A stretch of DNA of 64,000 nucleotides from Squalus acanthias. Taxonomy: Eukaryota. The notes beneath the pieces were generated by a model, which saw only the letters and a program-made list of their open reading frames with translations, had not been told where the DNA came from and did not search any database. How positions within the stretch are numbered: the first letter of the stretch is position 1; every line of letters begins with the position of its first letter. The stretch covers positions 69,504,001-69,568,000 of the forward strand of contig CM059438.1 in the NCBI GenBank assembly GCA_030390025.1. The letters run 5' to 3'. Made by a program: the position numbers and the translations under genes. Below, piece by piece: positions 12,746-24,928 of this stretch.

Positions 12746-13489
12746 CAGTAAACTCTTGTTTAAACGGCACTCATTCATCCGGAATTCTCTAATAACCGGC
12801 AAAATTGATACTCAGAAAACAACACCTCAATAACCGGAAATGTTGCCGAGTCCAAGTCTTAGTTTCTGTTTGCTTCAGAATATTGAGAGTGGCAGCTACT
12901 TTAGAATTGAATATGTGTTTCCCAGAGACTCAATGGATGAGTTCATTTTTCAGTATGTTACTGTGCCATATACAGACTAGGGAAGTCCTAGGTTCTATTG
13001 CCGATTTGATGTGAAATTGACATCAAGGACAGTCAGATTATGTATAGCACAGATTGCGTGTTAACCACCCGATGGATTCATGGCTGTCAGGTGATAGGTC
13101 GGAAATCTTCAGTTGTATAGGGAATAATATATAGTTGGTAGGGAATAATAAATACTTCATCGGGACTTACTCAGAAGAAAAAGGTGACTGGCTGTTGGTG
13201 AGTTAGGTAGAGATTGAAATGTGAGTGTGGATAAGCTATATAGAAGGCATTGGTGTGGATAAGTTACTTGGAGGGCAATGTACACTTGCCAGTGAAAGCT
13301 GAAAATTGATGTCCAGGTAAGGATTATACCAGATAAAAGTTGGTCATGTTATGTAAATAGCATTCAAATCTTATTTTATTTTTGTTTGTTAAAAATAGCC
13401 TCGGTAGATATACCTCTCCGTTATCCGGAATTTTCAATCAACCGGCACCATCCCGGTCCCGTCGGTGCTGGATACGAAAGAGTTTACTG
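12746..13489. mobile_element. Tc1/mariner Tigger-like non-autonomous DNA transposon with an old SINE relic inside
   Basis: TIR CAGTAAACTCTT at both ends, TA on the left and CA on the right, and repeated atccgg/aaccgg subterminal motifs. Confidence 0.7.
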
Positions 13490-14722
13490 CACTAGTGAAA
13501 TTCCACAATGGGCTATTTACACAGCGTAAATTATAATAATGTGAACGAGGGTGACGGCGTAAAGGATGAAATCCCAATGTGTGACAGGTTGAAATAATAC
13601 ACGTGCCAGTGAATCTCCCGTGGCATTGCTCACGCTTAGTCCAAAGCAAATGCTATGTCTCAGGAGAGGCTGGGGAGCGAGTGAAGTGCAAGGCAGGCAC
13701 TGGCACTGCCAGGCAGCAGAGGCTGAACCGGCTTGGAGAGGCTGCAGCACCAACTATGGAGCATGGATGAATAACTGGCGTTTACTGTTACATCATCACC
13801 CGTTGATTTCAATGCACTGGGGCCGCAGGAGTGTTACAAGTTTGAGAATTTAAACTTAGCGTTTGTTTTAAAGACCAAATGAGAGGTACATTGATGTGTC
13901 AGTGGCTCGGCCTGTGGATGAACTCGTGGATGATAGACGGCGGATTTCTACGGACTGTTTCAGTGAGTGCCCGATTTTTGGCTAGGCCTTGTTTTGTGGT
14001 GACTGAGTTTTGCTTTTGCAGTGGCCAACCGGCACAAAATACGTCAATTGTACTTTAGGGTGGTTGGCCGTTAAATGCCCATAAAGAAATACAAGGTGCA
14101 TGAACACAGAAATAATGTAAATTAAGGGAGCTGAATACAGTAAATGAATGGGAACTGAATATCCCAAACTATTTTTGCATTTCGCCCATTACATTGATTC
14201 CTGCCCATTGAGTTATGCTGAGTAGGTGAACATTTTTTGACAATCCAAGTTACTTTTATATAAGCTGCTGCTGGGTTGTTATTTGGACAAACTGCAGCAC
14301 GTTGCAATCATCATAGAAATTGTGCAACTGATAGTTATTACCAATACACTTCTGGTGTGAATCTCTGACAGGTGATGAGGTTATTTACATCACGAGAACT
14401 AGCTGCTTTTAGAGGGCTTTAATGAGGATTCATTTTTCAAACTGGCTAGCGTGGATGTTCAGAGTTCTCCCCACGCTTTTCCTCCCCAATGGCTTGGCTG
14501 CCTAAGGCCACCAATAGCTAAGCCATACAGACCAGGAGGTCCTAGGTTCAATGGCTGGTCTGTACTAAGCCAGCTGATCTTTAGTAGTATGACATAGAAT
14601 TAAATAGAAATGCCAACATAGAATCAGGCCTTTTGGTTTGAGCAGTCACTGTTGAGCCACAAACCCCCTGTGTGAGGAAAATGTAATAAGATTTACGACT
14701 GTGCATTCAACCAGTTTAGTTG

Positions 14723-15478
14723 GGCAGGTGTGCAAGTCCAGTGAAAGGAGACTCTCCCTCCCTGCAGCGACATTTACATTGGTGACTCAGGAGAGATCAG
14801 AAAATTAGCATGTGCACTGTGGTAGTGAACGTATGTCTGGTGTAGTGTAGAAGAATCTCAATGAGACCCCAGGAAAACCGATCTATGAAGGCAAACAGTT
14901 GGTTCGATCAGTTCTGAAGAAATGTCCACCTGAAGCATTTACTTGCCCGTTCTCTCCACGTGAAGAGCAGCTGCTTGGGTGAGGCACTTCGGACTGCTGT
15001 TGCTGTATCCCAACTGAACAAAATGCTGTAGATGCTGGAAATCTGAAACAGAGTTTCAAAGAAAGATTTTTTTTTTCAAAAATGCGCCAAACTGGATCAA
15101 ATTCATAACTGCTATCTTTTCAATGGGAATATCTTTTTAAAAAAAATAAAGGATTGTAACAACTAAACAAAAGGCTGTAGCTGCTGGAAATCTGAAACAA
15201 AAAATGAAAATGCTGGTGAACGCTCAGCAGGTCAGTCAACATCAATGGAGGGAACGGACAAGTTAAATGCTTCAGGTAGACATTTCTTCAGAACTGATTG
15301 AACCAACTGTTTGCCTTCATAGATCGGTTTTCCTGGGGTGTCTCATTGAGATTCTTCTACACTACACCAGACGTATGTTCACTACCACAATGCACACGCC
15401 AAATTTCTGATCTCTCCGGAGCCACGTGGGCATTGTCAGGGAGGGACAGGCTCCTTTCACTGGTCTCGCACACTTGCC
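14723..15478. repeat. Local inverted duplication, arms ~14723-14958 and ~15247-15478
   Basis: For example tgtagtgtagaagaatctcaatgagaccccaggaaaaccgatctatgaaggcaaacagttggtt versus its reverse complement at 15301-15366. Confidence 0.92.
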
Positions 15479-16047
15479 AGGGACCAGTTGCAAAGCCTCT
15501 TTGCTGGGGAGTGGATTACTTGTCCGCTCGACTGGTTTTCCAAAACAGTGACCTTGTAGGAAAGTGTACGTGTGTGCACACAAGGTGAGGTTTAGGAACA
15601 GGTTCATTCTCGAAGCCCTGATCAAAACTGTCTGCCGACACTTGCTGTGAGCTCGCACGTGAAGAACAGCTGCTTTGGGTGAGGCACTTTAGGGCTGCTG
15701 TTGCGGTATCCCAGGATGAGTCAGTACCTTGGGGAGAAAAAAGGGAGAAAATTGGAAAAAAACAAATTGCCTTTCTGGCTCATAACATTTTACTGGCTCA
15801 CTTACAGACCCGGCAATGATGTCAGTCTTTGCTGGCCTGCAGTATTTGGTTACCAGTACTTACTTGCATTTGACATCAAGTTCTCATTGAGTAAGCATTA
15901 GCATCAAGTGTAGCACACAGGCAATCCATAAAGACAGCATTTACTGAGCCAACGCTTCGAATTTGAATGTCTTTGATCTGGACCCACAGCAGAGGTCGTG
16001 GGTAAGAATGTAAATGGGAGAGAGAGAGAAAATGCACAGGTTGATAA

Positions 16048-16119
16048 GATGCCCATGCTTAGTGCAGAAACACCAGACGCCAGGATGCCCATGCTTAGTG
16101 CAGAAACACCAGACGCCAG
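16048..16119. repeat. Perfect 36-bp tandem duplication
   Basis: gatgcccatgcttagtgcagaaacaccagacgccag x2 (16048, 16084). Confidence 0.95.
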
Positions 16120-16866
16120 TGCTGGGATGGGGCCACACTGCACAGTCATCTCCTCGGCTTCGGTTTCCTACTCATGAAAGAGATTGAAATATTTGATTTT
16201 TCATGAAACAATGAAGAGGGCTTTTTCAGTGGTTTTCAGGCTGGCTGAGTTCCTCAGATCCCCTGATCTTAAAACTGTTTCTGAGCTGCCATCTTGGCTG
16301 CCGAGAAAGCTCAGGGTGTGCCTCTCTACACAATATCTGAGTGCCGCTTTTGTTGGATATCGGTAATAATTTTAAAAAGTACTTTCTTTTTGTAGAGATA
16401 CATTGGCATTGGTTTCACACAAGGAGTGGGAAGTTTGTCAAATACATTGTAGTCAAGACACAGTTATATTAATAAAACAAAACAGTAACGGGAAAGTCTT
16501 TTCCATTCCTGTTACTGTACAGTCTTATCACCAGAATTTCAGTAAAGCATATTGGCGGGGGGGGGGGGGGGGGTGATATTTTCATACACACTTGAACTGT
16601 AAAAAACACTCAGCAATACAGTTATAGATTTCTTCAGTGTGCAGTGTAGCAAAATCATTAATGTAGATTTGCACATTCACCCAAGGGATATCTTTGTTTT
16701 TCCAAATCTGGTATTTGAAGAGAGAGAACCTTGAGTTATAAAACATTAAGATGAAGTAATCCTCGGCCCCTGTTAATAGTGATAGTTGCAGTTTGAGACT
16801 GTGAGGTTAATTCAGTAATCTAACGCTTTCAGTCAAGAACTGTACTCAACTGGAGCACTATGGTAT

Positions 16867-18010
16867 TATCATAGAAGCATAGAATGAGACAGCACCGAAG
16901 GAGGCCATTCGGCCCATCACGCTTGTGCTGGCTCTTTGGTAGAGCGATTCAGTTAGTCCCCTTCCCCTGCTCTTTCTCCAATGCCCTGTACATTTTTTTC
17001 ACTTCAAGTATTTATCCAATTCCCTTTTGAAAGTTACTATTGAATCTGCTTCCACCACCCTTTCAGGCAATGCATTCCAGGTCATCATAACTCGCTGCAT
17101 AAAAATAATTTTCTTCATTTCACCTCTGGTTCTTTTGCCAATCACCTTAAATCTGTGTCCTCTGGTTACTGACCCTTCTGCCACTGGAAACAGTTTCTAC
17201 TTATTTATTCAATTGTAACTGTCCATAATTTTGAATACCTCTAGCCAATCTCCTTTTAATCTTCTTTGCTCTAAGGAGAACAACGCCAGCTTCTCCAGTC
17301 TCTCCACATAAATGATGTCACTTATCCCTGATACCATTCTAGTAAATCTCTTCTGCACCCTCTCTAAGGCTGTGGCATCCTTCCTAAAGTGTAATGCCCA
17401 GAATTGAACACAATACTCCAGCTGAGGCCTAACCAGTGTTTTATAAAAGGTTTAGCATAACTTCCTTGCTTTTGTACCCTGTCCCTCTATTAATAAAGCC
17501 AAGGATCCCATCTGCTTTTTTAACAGCCTTCTCAACTTGTGTACATACACCCCCAGGTCGCTCGCTTCCTGCATCCCCTGTAAAAATTGTAGCATTTAGT
17601 TTATATTGCTTCTCCTCATTCTTCCTATCAAAATGTGTCACTTCACATTTCTCTGTGTTAAATTTCACCTGCCATGTGTCCGCCCATTTCACCAGTCTGT
17701 CTATGTCCTCCTGAAATCAGTTACTGTCCTCCTCAATGTTTACTACATTTCTGAGTTTTGGTAAAGTACCGCATAATAGACGTATTTCCAAAATTAAACG
17801 GACAGTGGCAGTGTGGATACAAAATTAGCTAAGGGACAGAAAGCAGAGAGTAGTTGCGAACGGTTGTTTTTCAGACCGGAGGGAAGTATAAACTGCAAAC
17901 TTTGAAATTATCCCCTGTATACCCAAGTCCAGGTGATTAACATATATATCGAAAAGAGCAGTGGTCCTAATACTGACCCCTGGGGAACACCACTTTATAC
18001 ATCCCTCCGA
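16867..18010 (-). mobile_element. CR1 LINE 3' fragment (second subfamily) with an internal inverted piece
   Basis: KWADTWQVKFNTEKCEV, RGHRFKVIGKR...WNALPERVVEA, GVPQGSVLGP and an (attctatg) tail. Segment ~17761-17890 reads in the + orientation. Confidence 0.9.
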
Positions 18011-18336
18011 GTGGACTTTGCATATGGCACCGAATTTTAGTTTTTATTAAAATAAAAATAGGTCTCGTTTGTGATGCCTGAAAACTGATATGTCCATGTG
18101 AAACACTGATTATTGTGTCTGAATAAATATTAATTAGGTAACTTTCAATTAACCTTTTTCCTTCCCTTCTATCACAATGGGCAAATTCCTGCTACTCTGG
18201 TACAAGTGGCTGAGGAAATAGAATTGCATTAATATTGACATTGTTTTAGCTTGGGATTCCAGAAGACCAGGGTCTACACTATTAAATCCGATTTTTATAT
18301 TCCGGTGGCAGACTCATAAGAGCCACAAAAAACTAA

Positions 18337-19229
18337 GGGGTAAAAATTCAGTTGGTTGCGCCTCTCGTTAGCGCCTTAAGAGGGCGCTAATGGGGCGCAA
18401 AGCCGCTAACGCCCGGGCGCAGCGATGTTTGCGCCGCTCGAGAACTTAACTTGAGATTGTGCGGCGGCGCTAAAACTTACCGCTGCGACCACCTGCGCGC
18501 GCAGATTGTGACGTCATTCCATGGTGCAACGCCCTTGTGGCGCCCCGGAGCGGAAATTGAGTGGCGCCCCCTGCCTTACCGCCTGGCGCATCCAACGACC
18601 AGAAGACTGGAACGCTATCAATCGCTGTGGGGCTGGGTGGGGCGCTATTTAAAGGGGGCCTCTTCCTGTCTTTTATTGTTGGTGGCATTTTTGGACTACG
18701 CATTCTGAGAGAGAGAGGGAGAGACATCTGGAGAGATTCAACGTTGTGGGAAGGAGTTTTGGGTACTGAGCAACACTTTGCAGGTTCATTTTGATTTGCC
18801 CTTCCTTGTATCGATTTAGCAGAGACTGCGGGAGCTGCACTCTGAGCTCTTTGCCTGGTACTCTGCATTGTTCTTTCCAGCACATTTGATGTGCAAGTCT
18901 CTTCAGGCCGAGATTCAAAGCTGCAATGAACAGGATGTGGATGGAAAGCAAGATTAACCATCCCCTTTAAGAACTGGCCCGTGCCATTGTGTGTGTGTTC
19001 CATTGCTGACTGACATTACATGAGCTTCACCAGCGCTCTGAGTTAGCGCCTCACTCCTTGGCCTTTGCGCCTTAAGACAGGTGTGCAGCGCCTGCTTTAG
19101 CGCTCCACTCACCTCCCGGGGCGGTAAAAGTGAAGTTTCCAGTCACTGCCGATAATTAGCGCCAGGCGCTAATATTTGCGTCCAGACGATATTTGCGCCC
19201 CAAATGGGGCGCGACCTAATTTCTACCCC
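18337..19229 (+). mobile_element. Non-autonomous Harbinger (893 bp), partner of the 48115-52458 element
   Basis: TAA TSD at 18334-18336 and 19230-19232, and the same termini. About 340 bp of the 5' end and about 190 bp of the 3' end are nearly identical to the autonomous copy. No transposase. Confidence 0.95.
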
Positions 19230-19632
19230 TAAGTCTTTTAATTTGTCTTCAGGATAAGGGTGCCAGGTTCAGCAGTGTAAATGCCAGGAGCTTTCCCATA
19301 AATACCAGTCAAAGCTCCAAGCTACACTGTATTCACTCCCTTAGCTCCAGTTTGCAGCACTGGCTTTTTAAGGTGGGCCCCGGGGCAGGAAATGGCTTCA
19401 CCTGGTGCACCAAATATAGTACCAGGAGCCTCATTGGAAGCAAAAGTATGAAGGGAAATGGTCGCTGCATGTCACTTGCATTCCACTTGGAGGTGAAATA
19501 TTGAGTGTTGCACTGATATAGACAATATATGTGCCACATAAAATCAAAACCTTGGAAGTGATGCATTATCACTGCCCCTATTCCCCTACCTAAGTGCCAC
19601 ACCAATTGTGGGGAATGGGACTCTTCCCATTT

Positions 19633-20014
19633 CAAGCATCCAGCATCTAGCACTTCTGGGTCAGGTATAGCATGGCCAGATACAGGCAGAAGCTCCCTCC
19701 ATTTGCTGCACCAAATTTGCTCAGCCCAACCTTGGAAAAACACCCCTTCTTGCAGCACTATTGTATATTTTCTTCCTATCTCAGATCAGTCATCCTCTTG
19801 CCGCTCTGCATGAGATTTCACCAATTAGTGCCAATTTAGGAACTGGATTTGTGCTTCTGGCTCGTGAGCATGAGAAGTAGATTAAGATTTTGTAAACTTA
19901 TTTCACATAGGATTCTGATAGTCAGCAGACAGGAGACTTTAGTCTGGGCTGAATTTGAACTCACATTCCAGAGCTGGAAGACCAGTGTTAGATGCACCTA
20001 GCCACTGGTGCCCC
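19633..20014 (-). mobile_element. LF-SINE-like ancient SINE relic
   Basis: The minus strand carries ordered blocks gttcaaattcagcccag, cctatgtgaaat, ccagttccta, aattggcactaattgg and tgctatacctg, resembling the recalled LF-SINE consensus. Confidence 0.55.
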
Positions 20015-20878
20015 CACCCCCCATCCCCATGCCCACATTTCCATTGGATTTTGAAGTTGGCTATGTGTCATGCAGTAATAGCCATTCTTTGGAAACCATT
20101 GTCCTGCTGTACAATTGTAGCATTTTTCATCAACTGATGCAAAAATGCTTCTGTGTTCCAAGGGATTCACAGTGTTTCAAGCACATGCATTTTGTAAACA
20201 ATGACCTGACGACCTATTGTAATAACAACAGAAAATGCTGGAAACACTCAGCAGGTCAGGCAGCATCGAGGAGAGACCTATTGTAATTACTTATTTAAGG
20301 CCATTCAGCCTGATTAAGAATAAATTAATGATGTCACTGTTTTGAGCCACAGTATGGGCGAGGAGCTTTTTAACTCAATGTTTTCATAAATAATAATTTT
20401 ACCCAATTCATAGCATATTGAAAGGGAGTTTCAATGCCCTGTGCATTGCCTTGTGATGAATTGTTTCTTTGTTACCTTGTTCCTGTCACACAACTCTGAA
20501 GGCAGGAATATAAAGCTAAAATGACAATCATCCTCCAAGACCTATTTTGAAGCTTTTAAGATAATTGCTGAACTCTCCCTCCTTCATTAGGTCTTTTGTG
20601 CCATCTGCCATTCCCTGACTGAGAGCACAGAGAGGTGGCCTGTTTCCACATCTCTGCTTATGTTGCTCTGAGTTGACACCATGTAAATGTACAACTGTGG
20701 CTCATGATGACTGGCCACCTGTTTTTTGATCCCCCTCCCCCATTAAAAAAAGGAAAGGTCTTGCTTCCCTTTGCTGTTACCTCGACGGTCTAGGTGATGA
20801 TATGTAAGATTCACAGATTCACTCCCTCCACCATCACTGCAGTGTGTACTATCTATAGGGTGCACTGCACTGCGCTGC

Positions 20879-21512
20879 ACCCGCCCTCCTGTATGCTTCA
20901 GAGACATGGACCATGTACAGCAGGCACCTCAAAGCACTGGAGAGGTACCACCAACGCTGCCTCCGCAAGATCCTGCAAATCCATTTGCAGGATAGGCGCA
21001 CCAACGTCAGTGTTCTCACTCAGGCCAACATCCTCAGCATCGAAGTTTTGACCACGCTTGATCAGCTCCGATGGATGGGCCACATCGTCCGCATGCCTGA
21101 TACGAGACTCCCAAAACAAGCGCTCTACTCGGAGCTCCGACATGGTAAGAGAGCCCCAGGTGGGCAGAGGAAACGCTTCAAGGACACCCTCAAAGCCTCC
21201 TTGGAAAAAGTGCAACATCCCCACCGACACTTGTGAATCCCTGGCCCAAGACCGCACAAAGTGGAGGAGAAGTATCCGGGAAGGCGCCGAACACCTCGAG
21301 TCTCTTCACCAGAGCAAGTGGAAGCCAAGCGCAAGGAGCGCACGTCAACCCAAGCACCCCACCCACCCGTCCCTTCAACCACCGTCTGCCCCACCTGTGA
21401 CAGAGACTGTAGGTCCCGCATTGGACTCATCAGTCACCTGAGAACTCATTTTTAGTGTGGAAGCAAGTCATCCTCAGTTCTGAGGGACAGCCTAAGAAGA
21501 AGGAAGAAGAAG
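20879..21512 (+). mobile_element. RTE (BovB-related clade) LINE 3' end
   Basis: ETWTMYSRHLKALERYHQRCLRKIL, LRWMGHIVRMPDTRLPKQ, C-terminal CPTCDRDCRSRIGLISHLRTH and an (aag)n tail. Inserted in a fragment of another LINE (~20817-21686). Confidence 0.9.
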
Positions 21513-21686
21513 CACTGCAGCATGTCACCAAGGCTTCTTAGGTAGCAGCTTTCAAACCCACGACCTCTGCTACCTAGAAGGACAAGGGCAGCGGGTGCAT
21601 TGGAACACCATCCCTTCCAATTTCCCCTCCAAGTCACACACCACCCCGACTTGGACATATATCGCTGTTCCTTCATTGTCACTGGG

Positions 21687-22932
21687 TGACTGTGATCAGG
21701 GTGCAATATCACTCCTCATCCTTCTCGATCTCTCTGCAGCTTTTGACACGGATGGCCACACCATCCTACTCCAATACCTCTCCCTCGTCATCCAGCTGGG
21801 TGGGTCTGTCCTCGCCTGGTTCCATTCCTATCTATCCAGTCGTAGCCAGAGAATCACCTGCAATTGCTTCTCTTCCCACTCCCGCACGTTTACCTCTGGA
21901 GTCCCCCAAGGATCTATCCTTAGCCCTCTCCTTTTTCTGATCTACGTGCTGTCCTCGGCGGCACCATCTGAAAACACATTGGGTTCACATTTACGCTCAT
22001 GACACGCAGCTCTAACTCACCACCACCTCTCTCGACCTCTCCACTACATCTGATTTGTCACACTGCTTGTCCAACATCCATTACTGGATGAGCAGAAATA
22101 TCCTCCAACTAAATATTGGGAAGGCCGAAGCCATTGTCTTCGGTCCCCTCCACAAACTCCATTCCCGAGACACTGACTCCATCCCTCTTACTGGCAACTG
22201 TGTGAGATTGTACCAGACCATTTGCAAACTTTTTGTCCTATTTGACCCTGAGCTGAGCTTCTGACCCCATATCCTCCCATCAACAAGACCGACTATTTCC
22301 ACCTCCGTAACATCGCCCCTGCCTCAGCTCATATGCTGCTGAATCCCTCATCTATGCCTTTGTTACCACTAGACTTGACTATTCCAATGCTCTCCTGCCG
22401 GCCTCCTACCTTGCACCCTCAGTAAACATGAGCTCATTCAAAACTCTGCTGCCCGTATCCTAATTTGCACCAAGTCCCCTTCATACATCACCCCTGTGCT
22501 TGCTGACCTACTTTGGCTCCTGGTCTGGAAATGCCTTGATTTTAAATTTCTCATCCTTGTTTTCAAATCCCTCCATGACCTTGTCCCTCTCTAACTCTGT
22601 AACCTCCTCCAGCCCTACAACCCTCTGAGATCTCTGCGCTCCTCCAATTTTGGCTTCTTGCTCATCCCTGATTTTCATCGTTCCACCATTGGCGGCCTTG
22701 CCTTCAGCTGCTTATGCCCTAAGCTCTGGCATTCCCTCCTTAAACCACACCAGCTATCTTCTCCTTTAAGAAACTCCTGAAAACCTACCTCTTTAACCAA
22801 GCTTTTGCTCACCTGTCTTAATATCTCCTTATGTGACTCGGTGTCAAATTTTGTTTGATAACTATCCTATGAAGTGCCTTGGTCTATATTGCTATGTTAA
22901 AGGCGCTATATAAATGCAAATTGTTGTTGTTG
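21687..22932 (+). mobile_element. L2-type LINE, 5'-truncated (RT to tail)
   Basis: LLILLDLSAAFDT, SGVPQGSILSPLLF and LQLNIGKAEAI; (ttg)n tail. Confidence 0.92.
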
Positions 22933-23019
22933 TAGATTTCGGCAATGCACTTGCTTGTTCCTGAACAAAATGTGTCATAAAGTAAAATTTCTTGATGTGC
23001 CAGTCCATTAACTGACTAA

Positions 23020-23312
23020 TTATATGAGCTGTTCTTCATGTAGGAGCCAGGGCAGTGAGTCTTGACAGATTATTGGACTGTGGGAGTCATCACAGTTGAG
23101 CCTGATCCTGTGATCACCCGGTATTGACAGCCAGGGTTGCTGAGAAGCAATCAAGAAAGAAATCCTGGCTGATATTTCCCACCTTTGTTTAAGGTGTTGG
23201 GGCAAACTGACACAGCCCTACAGTTAACTCAGCAGAGACCAGGGATTGAACCTGGGACCTTGCTGGTCTGTACGGCTCAGCACCACACCAAACAGCATAT
23301 CCACTGAGTCAC
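23020..23312 (-). mobile_element. Ancient tRNA-headed SINE family (related relics at ~480-540, 2550-2900, 7830-8080, 12950-13060, 14490-14580 and 26760-27095)
   Basis: Shared head ...acagaccag..aggtcccaggttcaatc.ctggtct.tgctgagtta. Boundaries approximate. Confidence 0.6.
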
Positions 23313-24928
23313 TAAATGAGCTTTCACTGTCGCAAATTAATTGGAATATTTTACATGATTCTTTATTATTCAGCAGCTCAAGTCATATCTCCTATTTCAG
23401 TGGTCTTGAAGTGAAATAAAGAAAGTTATGGGGAGAGGGGAAGGAGTGAAGCATTTTTCACAGCATGCTTTGCATGTTGATAGTGCAAATGAGCTTGCCT
23501 GCTGTTTCCATTATCTGGCGTACAAGTGCCTTGCGCTGCAAATTAATTCTGAACTTCACACATTATTGCTGAGGATTATTTATATTTAAATTTACAGATC
23601 AATTTACCAATACATTTAATTATACCAAACTAAGTGGTACGAGCTGAATTTTCCTAATGAAGAAATGTTCTGAATTTCCTCTGCTTGCTCTTTGTAACTG
23701 GTTGTCAGAATGTTCTAGCCGGCTGAATTTTCAGCAATTTGTTTTGAGCTCCAGAGGCAAATCATCAAAATTTGTGGATGAATCCCCAGCTGATTTAATT
23801 TTATTCACCATACAAGCCTTTTGAGCAAACTCTTATCAAAAAAAAAATCCCAAGAGATCGACAGGCCAATTTTGCTCTCTCTGCTCCCAAATAGTGTCCA
23901 AAAAAAAGACAAGCGCAATGCAGAGGAATAATGGAAGCTAATTCTTTGCTCCAATTCTGTTCCGGAAGAGCACTGCATCTGAATTTCCTCTTGGCTTTTC
24001 TGGTGTCTGCACATAACTGCATCTGAAGAGAGGCACAGCAATGTAAATTGCATGCAAAAGAAGGCCAAGAGGGCTTTGCACACCGATGTCCTCTAATAAC
24101 ACTGGGCACAGATCAAGAGCATATTGCCCCTGTAAAAATCTGATTCCTGAGGTACTCTGTTAGTATTTTGCACTTGGTGATGGAGACCATTTCAGCATTG
24201 TGCACCCTCCCCCCGCCCCTTTTGTGATTTGGAGGCAGATGAGGAGAAACACCTACAAGCCTCCATGGCAGCTGCTAAAGTTATTCACCTGGGTCTCTTC
24301 TGAGCTGCAAAAAAACGCTGATTCCCTAACACAGTAGAAATCATCCCTCTCCCTGGCCATATCACTGCTCCATGCCAGCTGCAGTAGAAAGAGAAGCTTC
24401 GCAGTCAAACTTGAGCTTTCCTTCTAATCCTACATAATCGCCTTAGCCACACTTCTTTCCCCTATTGCCCACTTAACCAGCTCCCTCCAAGGCAGACTAC
24501 AGGGTGCCAGGACTGCTGCTTTGGGCGCTGCTGCCATCACAGCCATGGTACAGGAGGGCAAACGCGTTCACATAGGAAAGGATCATTAAATAAACATGTA
24601 GACCACCAGCATGCAATTCACTGCCTCTGGCTGGCACGTAGTAATTGAAAAACCTATCAGCAGGTGTCCAGATAATAATCCTGCCTCATTACCTGCAAAA
24701 AGTAAAATCCCTCTGCCTCTCTCACGGGCTTTAACTGTGCCTGCCCCTTTGATAGTGCTGGTAACTTTTAAGGCACTGGCGGCGCCCAGACTGCCTGCTC
24801 TCTTCTTGTGGTGATGTGACCAATTGTGCGCTCCAAGATGCACCCATGTGGCTTTTCCTTTATTTTAATTGGGCCCAACAGGAGCGGGTACTGAGCTCCG
24901 AGTCCCAGCGGAGAGTGACCCGTCGGTA

